A program made the translations under genes and the position numbers. Below are positions 25,801-36,700 of a stretch of 64,000 nucleotides of DNA, piece after piece. Within the stretch, counting starts at the first letter, position 1. Each line of letters begins with the position of its first letter. Source of the DNA: Cenococcum geophilum (lineage: Eukaryota); assembly GCA_050273025.1 (NCBI GenBank), contig CP158636.1, positions 6,262,001 to 6,326,000 on the forward strand, read 5' to 3'. The notes beneath the pieces are model-generated. The model was not told the DNA's origin. It did not search any database and was given only the letters and a program-made list of their open reading frames with translations.

Positions 25801-27816
25801 CTTATTTTATCTTAAGAATCTTAAGCCTTTGGCCTTTTGCCTTTATTGAGTGCCGAAGTAGTTCGCTATCCTACTTCTTTTACGTCTTATAAAGCAATAG
25901 ACATTGTATCTAGTAGGGTTTTGATCCTTACTAATATTCCTTATTCTATAATAGAATTATCCTCTACCTCTAGTATAACATCTCCGAGGTCTGCTTGCTT
26001 CTAGTAAGCGGCCCTTATTACTTTATTGTCACGGAATGTTTTACCTAGGTTAAATTTATCGTCCTTAATGTCCGATCTATGAACTAGTTCGTTAGTTCCT
26101 CTGTATCCTATAGGTGCTAGCTCTTATGGCCAGTAGCTTACGCTATACTTAGCGTCCTTATAAATTCGGTATACGTTATTATAATAAAACGTAAAACTTC
26201 TGATTAAATACTCTTTTATTCCTCGTAGTATATTATCGTCCCTTTATATATGTATATCGTCTGCTAGTCTTATACCTTTTACTATATAGTAACTCTGCTT
26301 ACTTCTATAGTCTCTAATGTAATAACCCTATTTTCCGTAATTTATATAAGCTCCTTTAAACCATTTCTTTTGTTATAGAGTCCGCCTAAATGTCTTCTGC
26401 TATTAAGATCCCTAATTTGGCCTCTGCTTTTTAGACCTTTAATTACTTAATCCTTATCCTCTAGGTTTTTATAGTTTACTCTATCTCTTATAGGCTTCTT
26501 TGGTACTACTTAGGTCTATTAGCTTTACGCCATACTATAGTTTCTAACTTAGCTTTTGTTGTTGTGTATTCTGCGCCTTATATAACTATAGAACTCTATC
26601 CTAGCCTCTCTTAGCCTATTCCCTTTAGTAGATCCAATTATTAATCTTAATCGCCTGATTTATTAGTTCCCTTAGGGTATCCGTATCTTCTATTAGGATA
26701 ATCGCGTCCTGGACTTTAGCCTTAAGTCCCTATTTATACTATGCTATAAGCGCCCTATTATTCTACTCTACTTATATTACTAGTGTCTAGAACTATGTTA
26801 TATACTTAATTGCTAAAGTTTATTATACAAGGTTCTAGAGTTTTCTTTCTGCTATAGTTGTTTCTTCTAGGTCTCTAAATATCTGCGTTAGTCGTTTTAT
26901 AAATCCTTCCTAACTTAAGAACATAAATCACACGTCTTGGTTAGTAGTCGTTATTCCGTTTACCTGTATCTCCGTAAGGTAAGGTTTAAACTACTTAAGT
27001 GCTTTTCCTAACAAGAATAGTCCTATATAGGCTATCCGATCTATAGGTATAGGTAACTTTACTCCCTCCTATAAGACCTTAAAGTGTATCTATATAAGGA
27101 ATCCTTTAAGCTTTAACCTCTCTCCTATAAATCTCTTAATTAATAGTAGCTTAATCTTTACTACTTCTATCCCATTAAGTCTTTCTTCTAATACTATATT
27201 ATTAGCTATTAGCTAGTTAACTATTTCCTATAGCTGTTTAACCGTTACAGGTTGCTATAAGTTAGTATCTGCCATACTAGTGTTACCTCTTGTCCTTAAA
27301 GTAGTTGCTGCCGTCGATGGCGTTATAGTAGCTGCTTTTGGTGGTATGTTGTTTAACTTTTTATATTAATACTATAACTAGGTAGTGATTATATAACGGA
27401 ACCTTATAGTAAGAACTACGATGGGCTTATTAATGGGCTAGGTGTGTAGGAAATGCAAGTATAAAAGTTAACAACGTAATAATAACTAGTGGAGTAGTTG
27501 CCTAACAGATTAACTCTAATTGTATTCTGAGAATTACTATAAGAAAGGAACTATCTAGGTAGGGACTAAGGGTCCTTAAATACACAATCGTACTCTTAAG
27601 AAAGTTATTACTTTATCTGCTCTGTCTACTCTATTCGCTTTATAATAGATCTTATAGATTATACAGATTATACAGATCACATCACGTGATTCTGCTTACC
27701 ATTCCTCGTTATATAGTTCCACGGGTTCCATCCTGGACCGTGCTTATATTAACTAACTAGCTTCTTCCAACTCTTCTCCAAGTAGTCGTAACATTGTACT
27801 TAAAGCGTCCGTAACA
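19892..27816 (-). mobile_element. Full-length Gypsy/chromovirus B2 (7925 bp; LTRs 19892-20316 and 27392-27816), RIP-inactivated
   Basis: 425-bp direct repeats; TSD ataat; collinear with B1 across gag-PR-RT-RH-IN-chromodomain. Confidence 0.95.
20425..21109 (+). pseudogene. Antisense accessory gene of B2: six-Cys Zn-cluster-like domain + coiled coil; intron 20654-20708
   Basis: De-RIP reading: MPKAPSSSSTARQSRTVAVILSLGEIMPSPCSxCAKEGLVCVALASPSSRQPSSCLECTKANIRSSCDVRSVSDAE^WSRVQSEAEKLEGDLAAALAKAHRQSEE...KEWKLVEQGLQELGDERTD... The 55-nt intron has a (g>a)tacgc donor, ctaat branch site and ttttag acceptor. Confidence 0.75.
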
Positions 27817-30800
27817 ATAATCGGTTTTAATACCTTCGCCTTATTTAGGCATATAGGAGTTGCAGAACCGTGTAATTTGTTGCCTATAATTAATAGCTTG
27901 TATAATAGAGCTAAAATATAAATTTTATTAAGTTGCGTTGCTTTAAATAAGCTACTTAATTAGTTAGTAGTAATAAGAAATTAAATATCGCGATTATAAT
28001 ATTGCGACCGTACGCCGGATAATATAAAATCCGGTGCTGGTGGGTAGCGAATATTACTAAATAGCTCTAATACTTACCTTAAGCATATCAAATTCTAACT
28101 ACTCCCCCCCTACTATAATCCTCCGAAACTTCTTATGACGTTATAGCGACATCTAAATATACTATATAATATTGTATAGGCGTCTAAGAGCGCCCTACCT
28201 CCTTTAGATCTTCGTAATTAAGTTAAAGTCGTGCCTACTATAAGCTAGCTCCAATTCCTCTAGTATAGTATCTACCTTTTTACCCAGTAAGAACGCCTAT
28301 GTAGCTAAGTTAATTATATAGCCAAGACACCATAACTAACGACGCTTTTACTACTTTTCTAACATCTTTAAATAAAGCGTCTTAAGAATTAAATTGATGG
28401 CCGTATCGTTGCTTAACGTGTTATTAAGCATAAAATATCTAACCCTTTTACTAATCTTATATTCGCCGATTATATCTAGGACAATTTAAGCTTAATTAGC
28501 GCCACTATATTCGCCCTTAAGGCGCTATAAAGCAAGAACTTTTGTCTACTAGAGGCCGTTTTTGTTAATATAGTGGGCGACAATTGCGATAATAACGTAG
28601 TAGTTCGGCGACGTCTAAAGATTAAAGGATAGGTATATATTTGATTAAGCCTCTTATAAGTTATCTTATAGTTACCTCTTCTGCTTCCTAAACTCACTTA
28701 TTACCTATCTACGTATAGTTATATATAACGGAATTAGCTTTATAAGTCCTTTATATATATACTAAATCATTTTAATAAAATAGACGTTTTTAATCTGGTA
28801 GTACGCGATATGGTAGTATATAAGCTAGCAAATCAGTAAAAGCTTAAAGGCTTTAAACTAAATATTCCAAATATACTCCTACTGCTCGGCATACTACTTA
28901 ATCGTTTCTTTAAGCTTAATCGGATTGCCTTTATTATTAATTTAGTAAGTTTGTTTCTAGTAGCCAAGAATAATAAAATTACCGTTAAGCGCTAATTACA
29001 ATTAGTAAACAGGCAGTATAGATAGTAGAGTTTCTTACTAAGCGGCTTATATATAGTATCCTTCTTCTTATCCAAGTATTTATAGTAGTAGTAGTATTTA
29101 ACTCCTGTAGTCTTATAAACAATTATAAAGCCTTTTCCGTCACCCTATATATGCGACAACTTTTTTTTACTACGCTTTTAGCTAGTAATTTTATTGGTTC
29201 TTTAGTACCACTATCCAGAGAGCTTAATTTGTTTTAGCTTATCCGCCGGGCACAACAGCAGAGGCTCTAGCTCGGATTTGGATTTAGATTCGTGATAGGT
29301 AAGAGACTCTAGACCAGTCGTATTTATAGTTATCTTTAGGCGCTTCCGTTTTCTACCACCAGAGGCCTTACTAATACGCCTTTTAGAAACAGCAAGAGCC
29401 TTGCCTACACAACTACTACTAGCATGGCTACTACCACCTCTACGTAACGATTAGTTAGTAATGTCAATAAAGCTATCTATAGGATCAACAGTATTAAATA
29501 AGGAGGGTAGTAATATAGGCGGCAATAAGGATAATGTAATAAGGGCAGCAATAAGGACGACGTAATAAGGACAGTAATAAGGGCGACGCGATAAGGGCGA
29601 GGATTAACCACTGCGGATTAATTCGCTTATCTACAAAGCTTTAGCGGATTAAATTAGACGTCGCTATACTATAAAACGATCCTTAATATACGGCTTAATA
29701 ATTATATAGCGAATTATAATGGATTTAATAGGATCAGCTCTCTATAGTGGCGTTCGCCCCTACCTAAATCCTTACTACTAAGGTTCTATATTAATCTAGA
29801 TCTGGTTTTATTGGTTACCTGGTTACCGCTAAAGCTTTAAAACTAATCCAGATTAAGCCAATTAGAGCTCCGAACCGGTTAAGGATTTAATTATTGGAAA
29901 ACCGAACCAGACCAAATAATGAACCGAACCAGTTGCATCACTGCAAACGGCCCTCCTTAGAGAAATCCACCTCTACATCCTCAGTACGGTCTCTCGTAAG
30001 AACCTCGTATACATTAAGGACTATACGAGCACGTGGGAGATCCTCCGCAAACTTAAAGAACACCTTACTCCAACAGATAGAGCACGGCAGCTTAAGGTCT
30101 TGCACAAATATTAGGCTCTTCAGCACAGCCTCAAAGACACTAACCTTATGACTTGGCTACAAGACTGGGAGATAACCTATTAGCACGCTGTTGCCCTAAA
30201 GCTTCCAGACGTTGAAAAAGAACGACCCCTTTACAACTTCCTGAGAGCAATTAAAAGTAATAATGCTACATTTTCGGATACATCCTTTATTAGACTTAAC
30301 CGAAAGACCGCAAAAGCAAGCCTCTTCCTACGATGTCTGAACTCCTTAAAGAATTTCGGAACTACAAGCGGACCCTTACGGAAGAGTCAAAGGAATTTCA
30401 CTTATTTACTACATTTTGAGGCGAACAAATTCCACGGCAGGATTGCGTATACGGAGAGATTCATCAATTTAAGGAATGTCCATATCTAATTTAAAGCCTT
30501 CGTACACCTAGGTAGAACCCAGATCCAAAGATTCAAGAACGCATTGAGGCAAAACTAGAGAAGTATCTACGATTAAGGACGCAGGTTCAGACGGAACAGG
30601 AACGGATAAGGAAGGAGCCACAGCAGGATCTAATAACGTTTTAGATTTACCCTACGGCTAAATCTAGGGGGGTGTGTCAATCTGAAACGGACATCCTTGC
30701 CACTACCTTGCACCTTGACTCGGTCACCGACCCCTTGACTCGGTTACCGACTCAATTACCCTTTTCATGTATATATATAGAGGCCCTAGAGCCACATTTA

Positions 30801-31159
30801 ATAGATAGACTTCTCATTCTTGACCTGCGCACGGACCCTCAATCGACAATAGCTCTACAATATATATATATCCTAGCCGGCCTACCCATACAGCTATAGC
30901 CAACAATTAATAATATACGTAGTGGTGTTCTACCCTAGGCACGCTACTAGCCAGGCGGAAATGTATTACTATACTGGAACATCCTTATATAAAGAGCTCC
31001 TAACTAAGCTAAAGGCTGCTAAGGTAGCTACGGACTAGTTTATATAGACAAACCTCTTACTACACCTTTCATTTGCTAGAGAGTTGGCTAGGGTAAAGAG
31101 AGGAGGCTAGGAAGTGCTTTAAGAGGCGGAGGATAAATACTACAGGGATAGCAAAATAT

Positions 31160-31400
31160 AGCAGAATTTTAATTTAGCAACCTAATAGAATTTAGTAGAG
31201 TTTTAGCAACCTAATAGAAATTAGTAGAGTTTTAGTAACCTAATAGAATTTAGCAGAATTTTAGTAACCTAGCAGAATTTAATAACCTAACAGAATTTAG
31301 CAGAACTTTAGCAACCTGGCAGAATTTGGCAGAATTTAGTAACCTAGCAGAATTTAGCAGAAGTTAATATCTTAGCAGAACTTAGCAAAACTTAGTAAGT
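31160..31400. repeat. Degenerate minisatellite (approx. 10-11-bp subunits, approx. 30-bp higher-order unit) in the 3' part of the LINE-like relic
   Basis: Repeated gcagaattt(t)agcaacctaa / agaatttagcagaa variants. Confidence 0.85.
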
Positions 31401-33012
31401 TATAAAGCTGCATATATTAACGCAGATACAAATAACGGAACCTTCTACACTACTATTAGCCTTATAGACCACCGGCCTACGCCCTACTTAGATAACCGAA
31501 GTAGCCAGGAACGGAACCTAGGCCCTAGCTATACACCCCACTAAATAAACCTAAGAGTACGTATTAAGATGGCTTTTCTATAGCGCCTTAAAGAGACGTC
31601 TGCTTATGCTTGGCAGTTACTAATTAGAAGAGAGGCTATATATAGGCCGTATAACAAGAGAAGGAGAGGTTTTATCTAGCCCCAGCTATACGGTTCCCCT
31701 CTTATACATATATATATATATACCTATATAAACCCACTACATAGACCCTAACGGGAGCCGCAACAGCGTAATTAAATATTATAACATAATATATTAAAGA
31801 TCTTATAGTATATATCCTTAAAATAACCAATTAATTAATTAAATAGATTATAGTTAATAAATACCTAAATAATAAGTTTATTTAGAAGACGCTTAAGCTA
31901 ATATAAGACAGTATTAAATACTTAAAAAAGATTTTCTTATATAAATATAAAGCCTATAAAAACTACTTATATTATTAAAACTACCTAATTATACCTAACT
32001 ATAATAAATTTAAGCTTAAGCTCCTTAAATATATATATAATTTACTAGTAGCTAGCTACCTGGGCTAAGGAAACCCCCTAAAACTGCTTTAATAAGAATA
32101 CTACTAGCTAAATATATATAATATAATATAAAAGTTTATCTTTAGCTACTATATTTACTAACGAGCTAAAGCTTTATATAAGATATATAACGGCATTTTA
32201 AAGCTACTATCTATCCTAGACTAAAAATAGAAGGTTATTTTAATTAACTTTATTATTAATCTCCTTAAAAATAAAAGCTATATAAATATTATAGTAGTTA
32301 TAGACTAACTATTTAAGATAAGACACTTAATCGCCTACCCTAATATATTAACACTTACCGTTGCCTAACTGTTCCTAAGTTATATATATAAACTCTATAA
32401 ACTCCCTAAAACGATTATCTCCAATAAGAATAGTTAGCTTATCCCTATATTTTAGAAAAAACTAACCACCTAATTCTGTATTAAAGCATTATTATTTATA
32501 GTATACTACTTAAAAACGGATGGTTAAATAGAATATATAAATACTATAATAAAACAATATATTCGGATATATATGTCGTATTTATAGGATAACTGGATTA
32601 ACTAATTTATATTTACTAAGTTTATTATAAAAAATTCTATAGCTAGTATCTATAAATAGGTTTTAAACCCTTTAGCAATATTTCTTGCCCTACTTATTAC
32701 GCCTTATAAGTTATAGAAATAAATTAATTTATAAAGAAGATAAAGGAACTATAATAGTTCCTTACTAATAAAATAATGTAGGCCTAATCTATTTATAAAG
32801 CCGCAGTAAATAAGAAACAAACCTTAGTGCTAGCCTACTAAATTAATAATTTTATCTAGTTAAATATAAGAAATCTAAATATAAAATAACCTATTAAGAA
32901 ACTTAATTAAAAAAACGCTGGCCCTTATAAAGTTAAAAAAGTTGTTTTTTTTACGCCGATTAACTAAAGCTTCTTAATACGGTTAAAATCTACCCTATAT
33001 TTTATACGTTAG

Positions 33013-33268
33013 TGTAAGGCAGTATTACTAGGGTGTATAGTAGGGAGTAGGTAAGCCGAGCATGAGTCATATAGGGAGTCGATGGAAGAGGACGATATGG
33101 TAAAGAGTAGGTAATAGCCTCGTACTAAGACGAACCGATAGGGGAGGAAGGAGGCTGTAAGCCTGAGGAGCTTATAAGGGGTGGCCAAGGCCTAGCCAAA
33201 GGCTAGCCTTAGCAGCCCCTAAGAGCTCCCGGGATATAGCTAAGTAAGGGACCAAAAGTACCCTTATA
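33013..33268. mobile_element. Solo LTR (256 bp), same family as 3448-3706
   Basis: tgtaagg...ccttata ends; perfect TSD gttag; empty site in A3 at ~60074-60078. Confidence 0.92.
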
Positions 33269-33780
33269 GTTAGTCCTTTATCCTACTACCTCTATATTAG
33301 ACGCCCTGCCTAAATAGATATAGGACCTTCCCTTACTAGTTAAAGTGGATAGTAAAAATAAGTACTTTATTAAAAGAATTAATAATATTAAGTATAATAA
33401 ATGGAAACGCTAATATTTATACCTTATAAAATAGAAAGGCTTTATTAAGTCTTTATAGAAACCTATTAACTTTATAGAACTTATATAAGCTATAAAAGAC
33501 TTTTATAAACTCTACCTAAAACTGCTATAACTAGATCTTATAGAAGCTTAAGTTTAAAAGGGGGGTACTATTATAGGACACCCCTGTAATACCTTATATA
33601 CATCTACCTATTTTTACTAACTTAATAACTAGAGACTAACTATAAGATAGCGATTTAACGGCAATCTACTATATTCTACTATATTCCGCCAAGTTCTACT
33701 AAATCCTATTAAGTTCTACTAAGATCACTACCTAAATCCTATTTTACTTTATATATATTACAACTAAGCAACTAAGCTAA

Positions 33781-36700
33781 TGTTACGGGACGGGGGCAGT
33801 GGCTATAAAGCGTATGTATTCGAGGAGTCTATAAGACGTTGCGCGATCAATCGTAAGGGTCAAGGGCGTAAGGAGGTGATATACCTACGCGTAGCTGACA
33901 TAAGCTGTACGCGAGGTGTACGTGAGAGCACGGGGCTCTCCTATAGGCCCCTGCGGTGGGGTTCCGTAATACTACCCCCCCTCTTATAGAGGCGGAGCTC
34001 CGGCGACGCTATGGTTACTATATATATATAGAAGGGATACTTAAGGCGTAGAAAAGAAGAAAAGGGGGGTATCGCTAAAGGCTTAAAATAACGTCATGTA
34101 ATAGGGCTTGGCATCTAAGAATCCAACTAATTAGATAACTTTAACCGCCGGTTAAAGTTCCTAGACATCTTAACGATATTCTGGTCATGTAATCGCACTT
34201 TACCGCAATCTAACGGCAATTTAATAGCAACTTGCCCTTATATGGTAATGTATAATGGTTTAACTCTATAAGGGCTCCTATAGAGGATTAGGTATAAAGT
34301 CTTTGTTTAGGCCCAGTTTCTATAGGTTCGCGTAGTAAAAGTTACTAATTAGATCCTTTGCATTTTTAAAGTCTTCCTATAGTTGCCATTTTGGCTAATT
34401 TATGTCAAATCCTGTGTATATAGCTCTGTAGTAGAGCCGTCGTCCTCTACCTTTGCCAAAGTATTTAGAGTTAATAATTCGTTTAACGGTCCACTCCTTA
34501 TGGTTCTTATCTTCGTTCTTATCTTAGATTAATACTAGTAGGGGTTTAGGCTGTATCTGCCCCGGTAAGGGGTTAGGCTAATAGAGGTGTAGTAGCTATA
34601 GGTAAAATATAGGCTATATCCTGCGGGTGGCTAGGGTAGGTAGGAGTTCTAGCTTATATACGGCTCCCCTATTAATAACTTATTTAATTAGATAGGGGCC
34701 AAGGTTCTTATAATTAAGTGACTTTATAGGCCTCTATATAGAGATATTGCGTATATTTAGCTATACCCAGTCGCCAACACGCATCTCTGGTAGTGGCGTT
34801 TTATAACAGTCGGCAAAGTAGGCCTACTTTACTTAAGCTTAGGCCATTTCTCCCTTGTAGTAGTTAAGTAGATTTTTTATACAGTCTATATATTAGTCGG
34901 CAAGTAGCATCTTAAGGCGTTTTCTATATAGCAGTTTCTTATTAATAGGTTCTGGTGGCTCTATGCTAGATTAGGGGTAATAACCCTTATTCGCGAAGAA
35001 TGGGGTAAGTCCTGTAATAGTTAAGATGTAGTTATTTGCTGCAAATTTACCTAATAGGAGGTGATCTACCCTGTTATCTTAACTATAGGCGACTACCTAT
35101 TATAGGTACGCTTTTATGCTGGCATTAGCGTTTTCCGGTTACCCAGCAGTTTTATAGTAGAAGGATATAGATATCTTAACGGAGATGCCAAGGCGTTAGC
35201 AGATTCGTCTCTATACATTAGAGTTAAATTATATGCCTTGGTTGGATGTAATTAAGTTAGGTAACCTATGTAGTTAGTAAACTTCGCGAAGGAAGGCGTT
35301 AGTAACGTTGCTGATGGCTACGCCTTTAGTTAGGACGTAGTGGCGCTCTTTTATAAGTCGGTATATTATTATAAGGATGTTCTTATAGGTACGGCCGTGT
35401 TATTTATAGGGTAGTAGGTTAATAACGAAATCTATGGCGATATCTGCCTATTATCGTATAGGTACTAGTAGAGGGTGCAGTAGTCCTTAGTACTTTGTAT
35501 TAAAGGCCTTAGCGCGCTTATAACTGTAATAGGCGCCTATAAAGCGTTTAACTAAGTCTATTATTTTTGGCTAGAAGTAGTATTGGCTAAGAAGCTTATA
35601 GGTTCCTCCTCTACCTAGGTAGCCGCTTAATTAGAGGTTGTAGGCCATTTAGATTAGTTGCTGTTATAGATTTTCTAAGTTAGGGATAAATAGGCGGCCT
35701 CTATAATAGAGCCTATTCTCTTTTACTTCTAAGGCTGCTATATTAATCTAGCCTAAGCTTTAGAGGTTAGTAGGTAGCGTACGGGCGCTAGCGGTCTTTA
35801 TGGTAATAAGTTAATGCAGTAATAGGTTAACAGAGGCGTTATATGCCGTAGTAATAAGCTCATTAATTTTGGGAGGTAACTCTAGTTCTGTGGTATAAAG
35901 CTAGGGTATAGTTGGCTCTATTATAGGTAGTATACCTAGGGCTAAATTTTATGCTTTTAGGATTGTCTATTGTTGGAACTAATTATAGGAGTTATCTTTA
36001 GACTAAGGAAGGTCTTACGAGCGGCGTGTTAGGCTATTAGGTTTAGTACCTTATACTCCTAGTCTATATGTAATTTTAAAGTTAAAACTAAAGAGGAACT
36101 CGTTCTAATATACTTAGCGTTAGTTTAGCTGCTTTGTGGTTATAAAGTACTTAAGGTTGCGATAGTCCGTAAGGACTTTAGTTGGCTAGTTAGGCTCTAC
36201 TAAGGAGAGTTTTAGTTAGAATTCTTTAAACGCTTATATAATTGCAAGGAGTTCTTTATTATAGATCTTGTAGTTATACTTTTATAGTATAAGCTTAGAC
36301 GAGTAGAATGCGACTAGGTAAAGGAGACCGTTATCACCTATCTAGGAGAGGATGCCTGCGTTAACGTGGTCTAAGGAGTTGGTTTTGAGGTAGAGTTATC
36401 GTCCTAGTGTAAAGTAAGCTAGGATAGGTGCTTTAGTAAAGGTATTTTTAAGGTCTTAGAACGCCTTCTTATATTTAGGCGTCTAGGTAAAGCGTAGGTA
36501 CGTTTTTCTTCCTTTTATAGAAAGGCCCTTTATTCGCATTATTGCTATAAGTGGTGCTACTACACTTAAGAAGTTATATATAAATTTCTAATAGAAGTTA
36601 GCGAAACTAAGGAAGGCTTATATATCCTTAATGTAGTTAAGGGCTTGCTATTTAGTAATTGTGTGTACCTTCTTAGGGTCTATACGGACACCCTTAGTGG

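Larger units (their letters stand above)
18456..29943 (-). mobile_element. hAT DNA transposon (approx. 3.55 kb own sequence), transposase pseudogene split by B2
   Basis: TIR cagtgatgcaactggtt / aaccagttgcatcactg; 8-bp TSD caaacggc. Minus-strand hAT dimerisation motif PDLTRFALDMLAIPSMSAECERVFSSAKHLLTDPRNRL at ~19120-19235; DNVLSND and RCLGHIINL relics at ~28310-28430. Confidence 0.95.
18172..30640 (+). pseudogene. Copia C gag, split by the hAT insertion (18172-18455 + 29952-~30640)
   Basis: MPDTYKSPTIILNEPSDWEEWIFIVKIRAQPLDTWQYLDP...; resumes in frame after the TSD as LLREIHLYILSTVSRKNLVYIKDYTSTWEILRKLKEHLTPTDRAR. Confidence 0.8.
17942..30848 (+). mobile_element. Copia C: gag-only, internally deleted element (approx. 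1.4 kb own sequence; LTRs 17942-18115 and 30675-30848)
   Basis: 174-bp direct repeats tgtc...gaca; TSD atagc; gttatgagccc PBS-like motif after the 5' LTR; G-run PPT before the 3' LTR. Confidence 0.93.
16843..31791 (+). mobile_element. Non-LTR (LINE-like) relic of approx. 2.0 kb (16843-17941 + 30854-31791), split by Copia C
   Basis: 13-bp TSD tattaaagatctt at 16830-16842 and 31792-31804; no LTR or TIR; A-rich simple 3' tail. 30920-31095 reads like a fungal LINE ORF2 C-terminus (HVVVFCP...YKELLTKPKAAKVATDWFIQTNLL). Confidence 0.65.

Noticed and set aside
3448..33268. One giant element bounded by the two related ~257-bp LTRs
   Set aside because: Each LTR has its own flanking TSD (taaaa/caaaa; gttag/gttag), so they are independent solo LTRs.
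33780..33989. Duplicated ORF (with 46220-46498) as a small gene family
   Set aside because: They are simply the two LTRs of Gypsy D.
33972..34290. Antisense accessory gene in Gypsy D analogous to family B
   Set aside because: Only about 300 bp separate pol from the PPT, and I could read no cysteine cluster or coherent frame.
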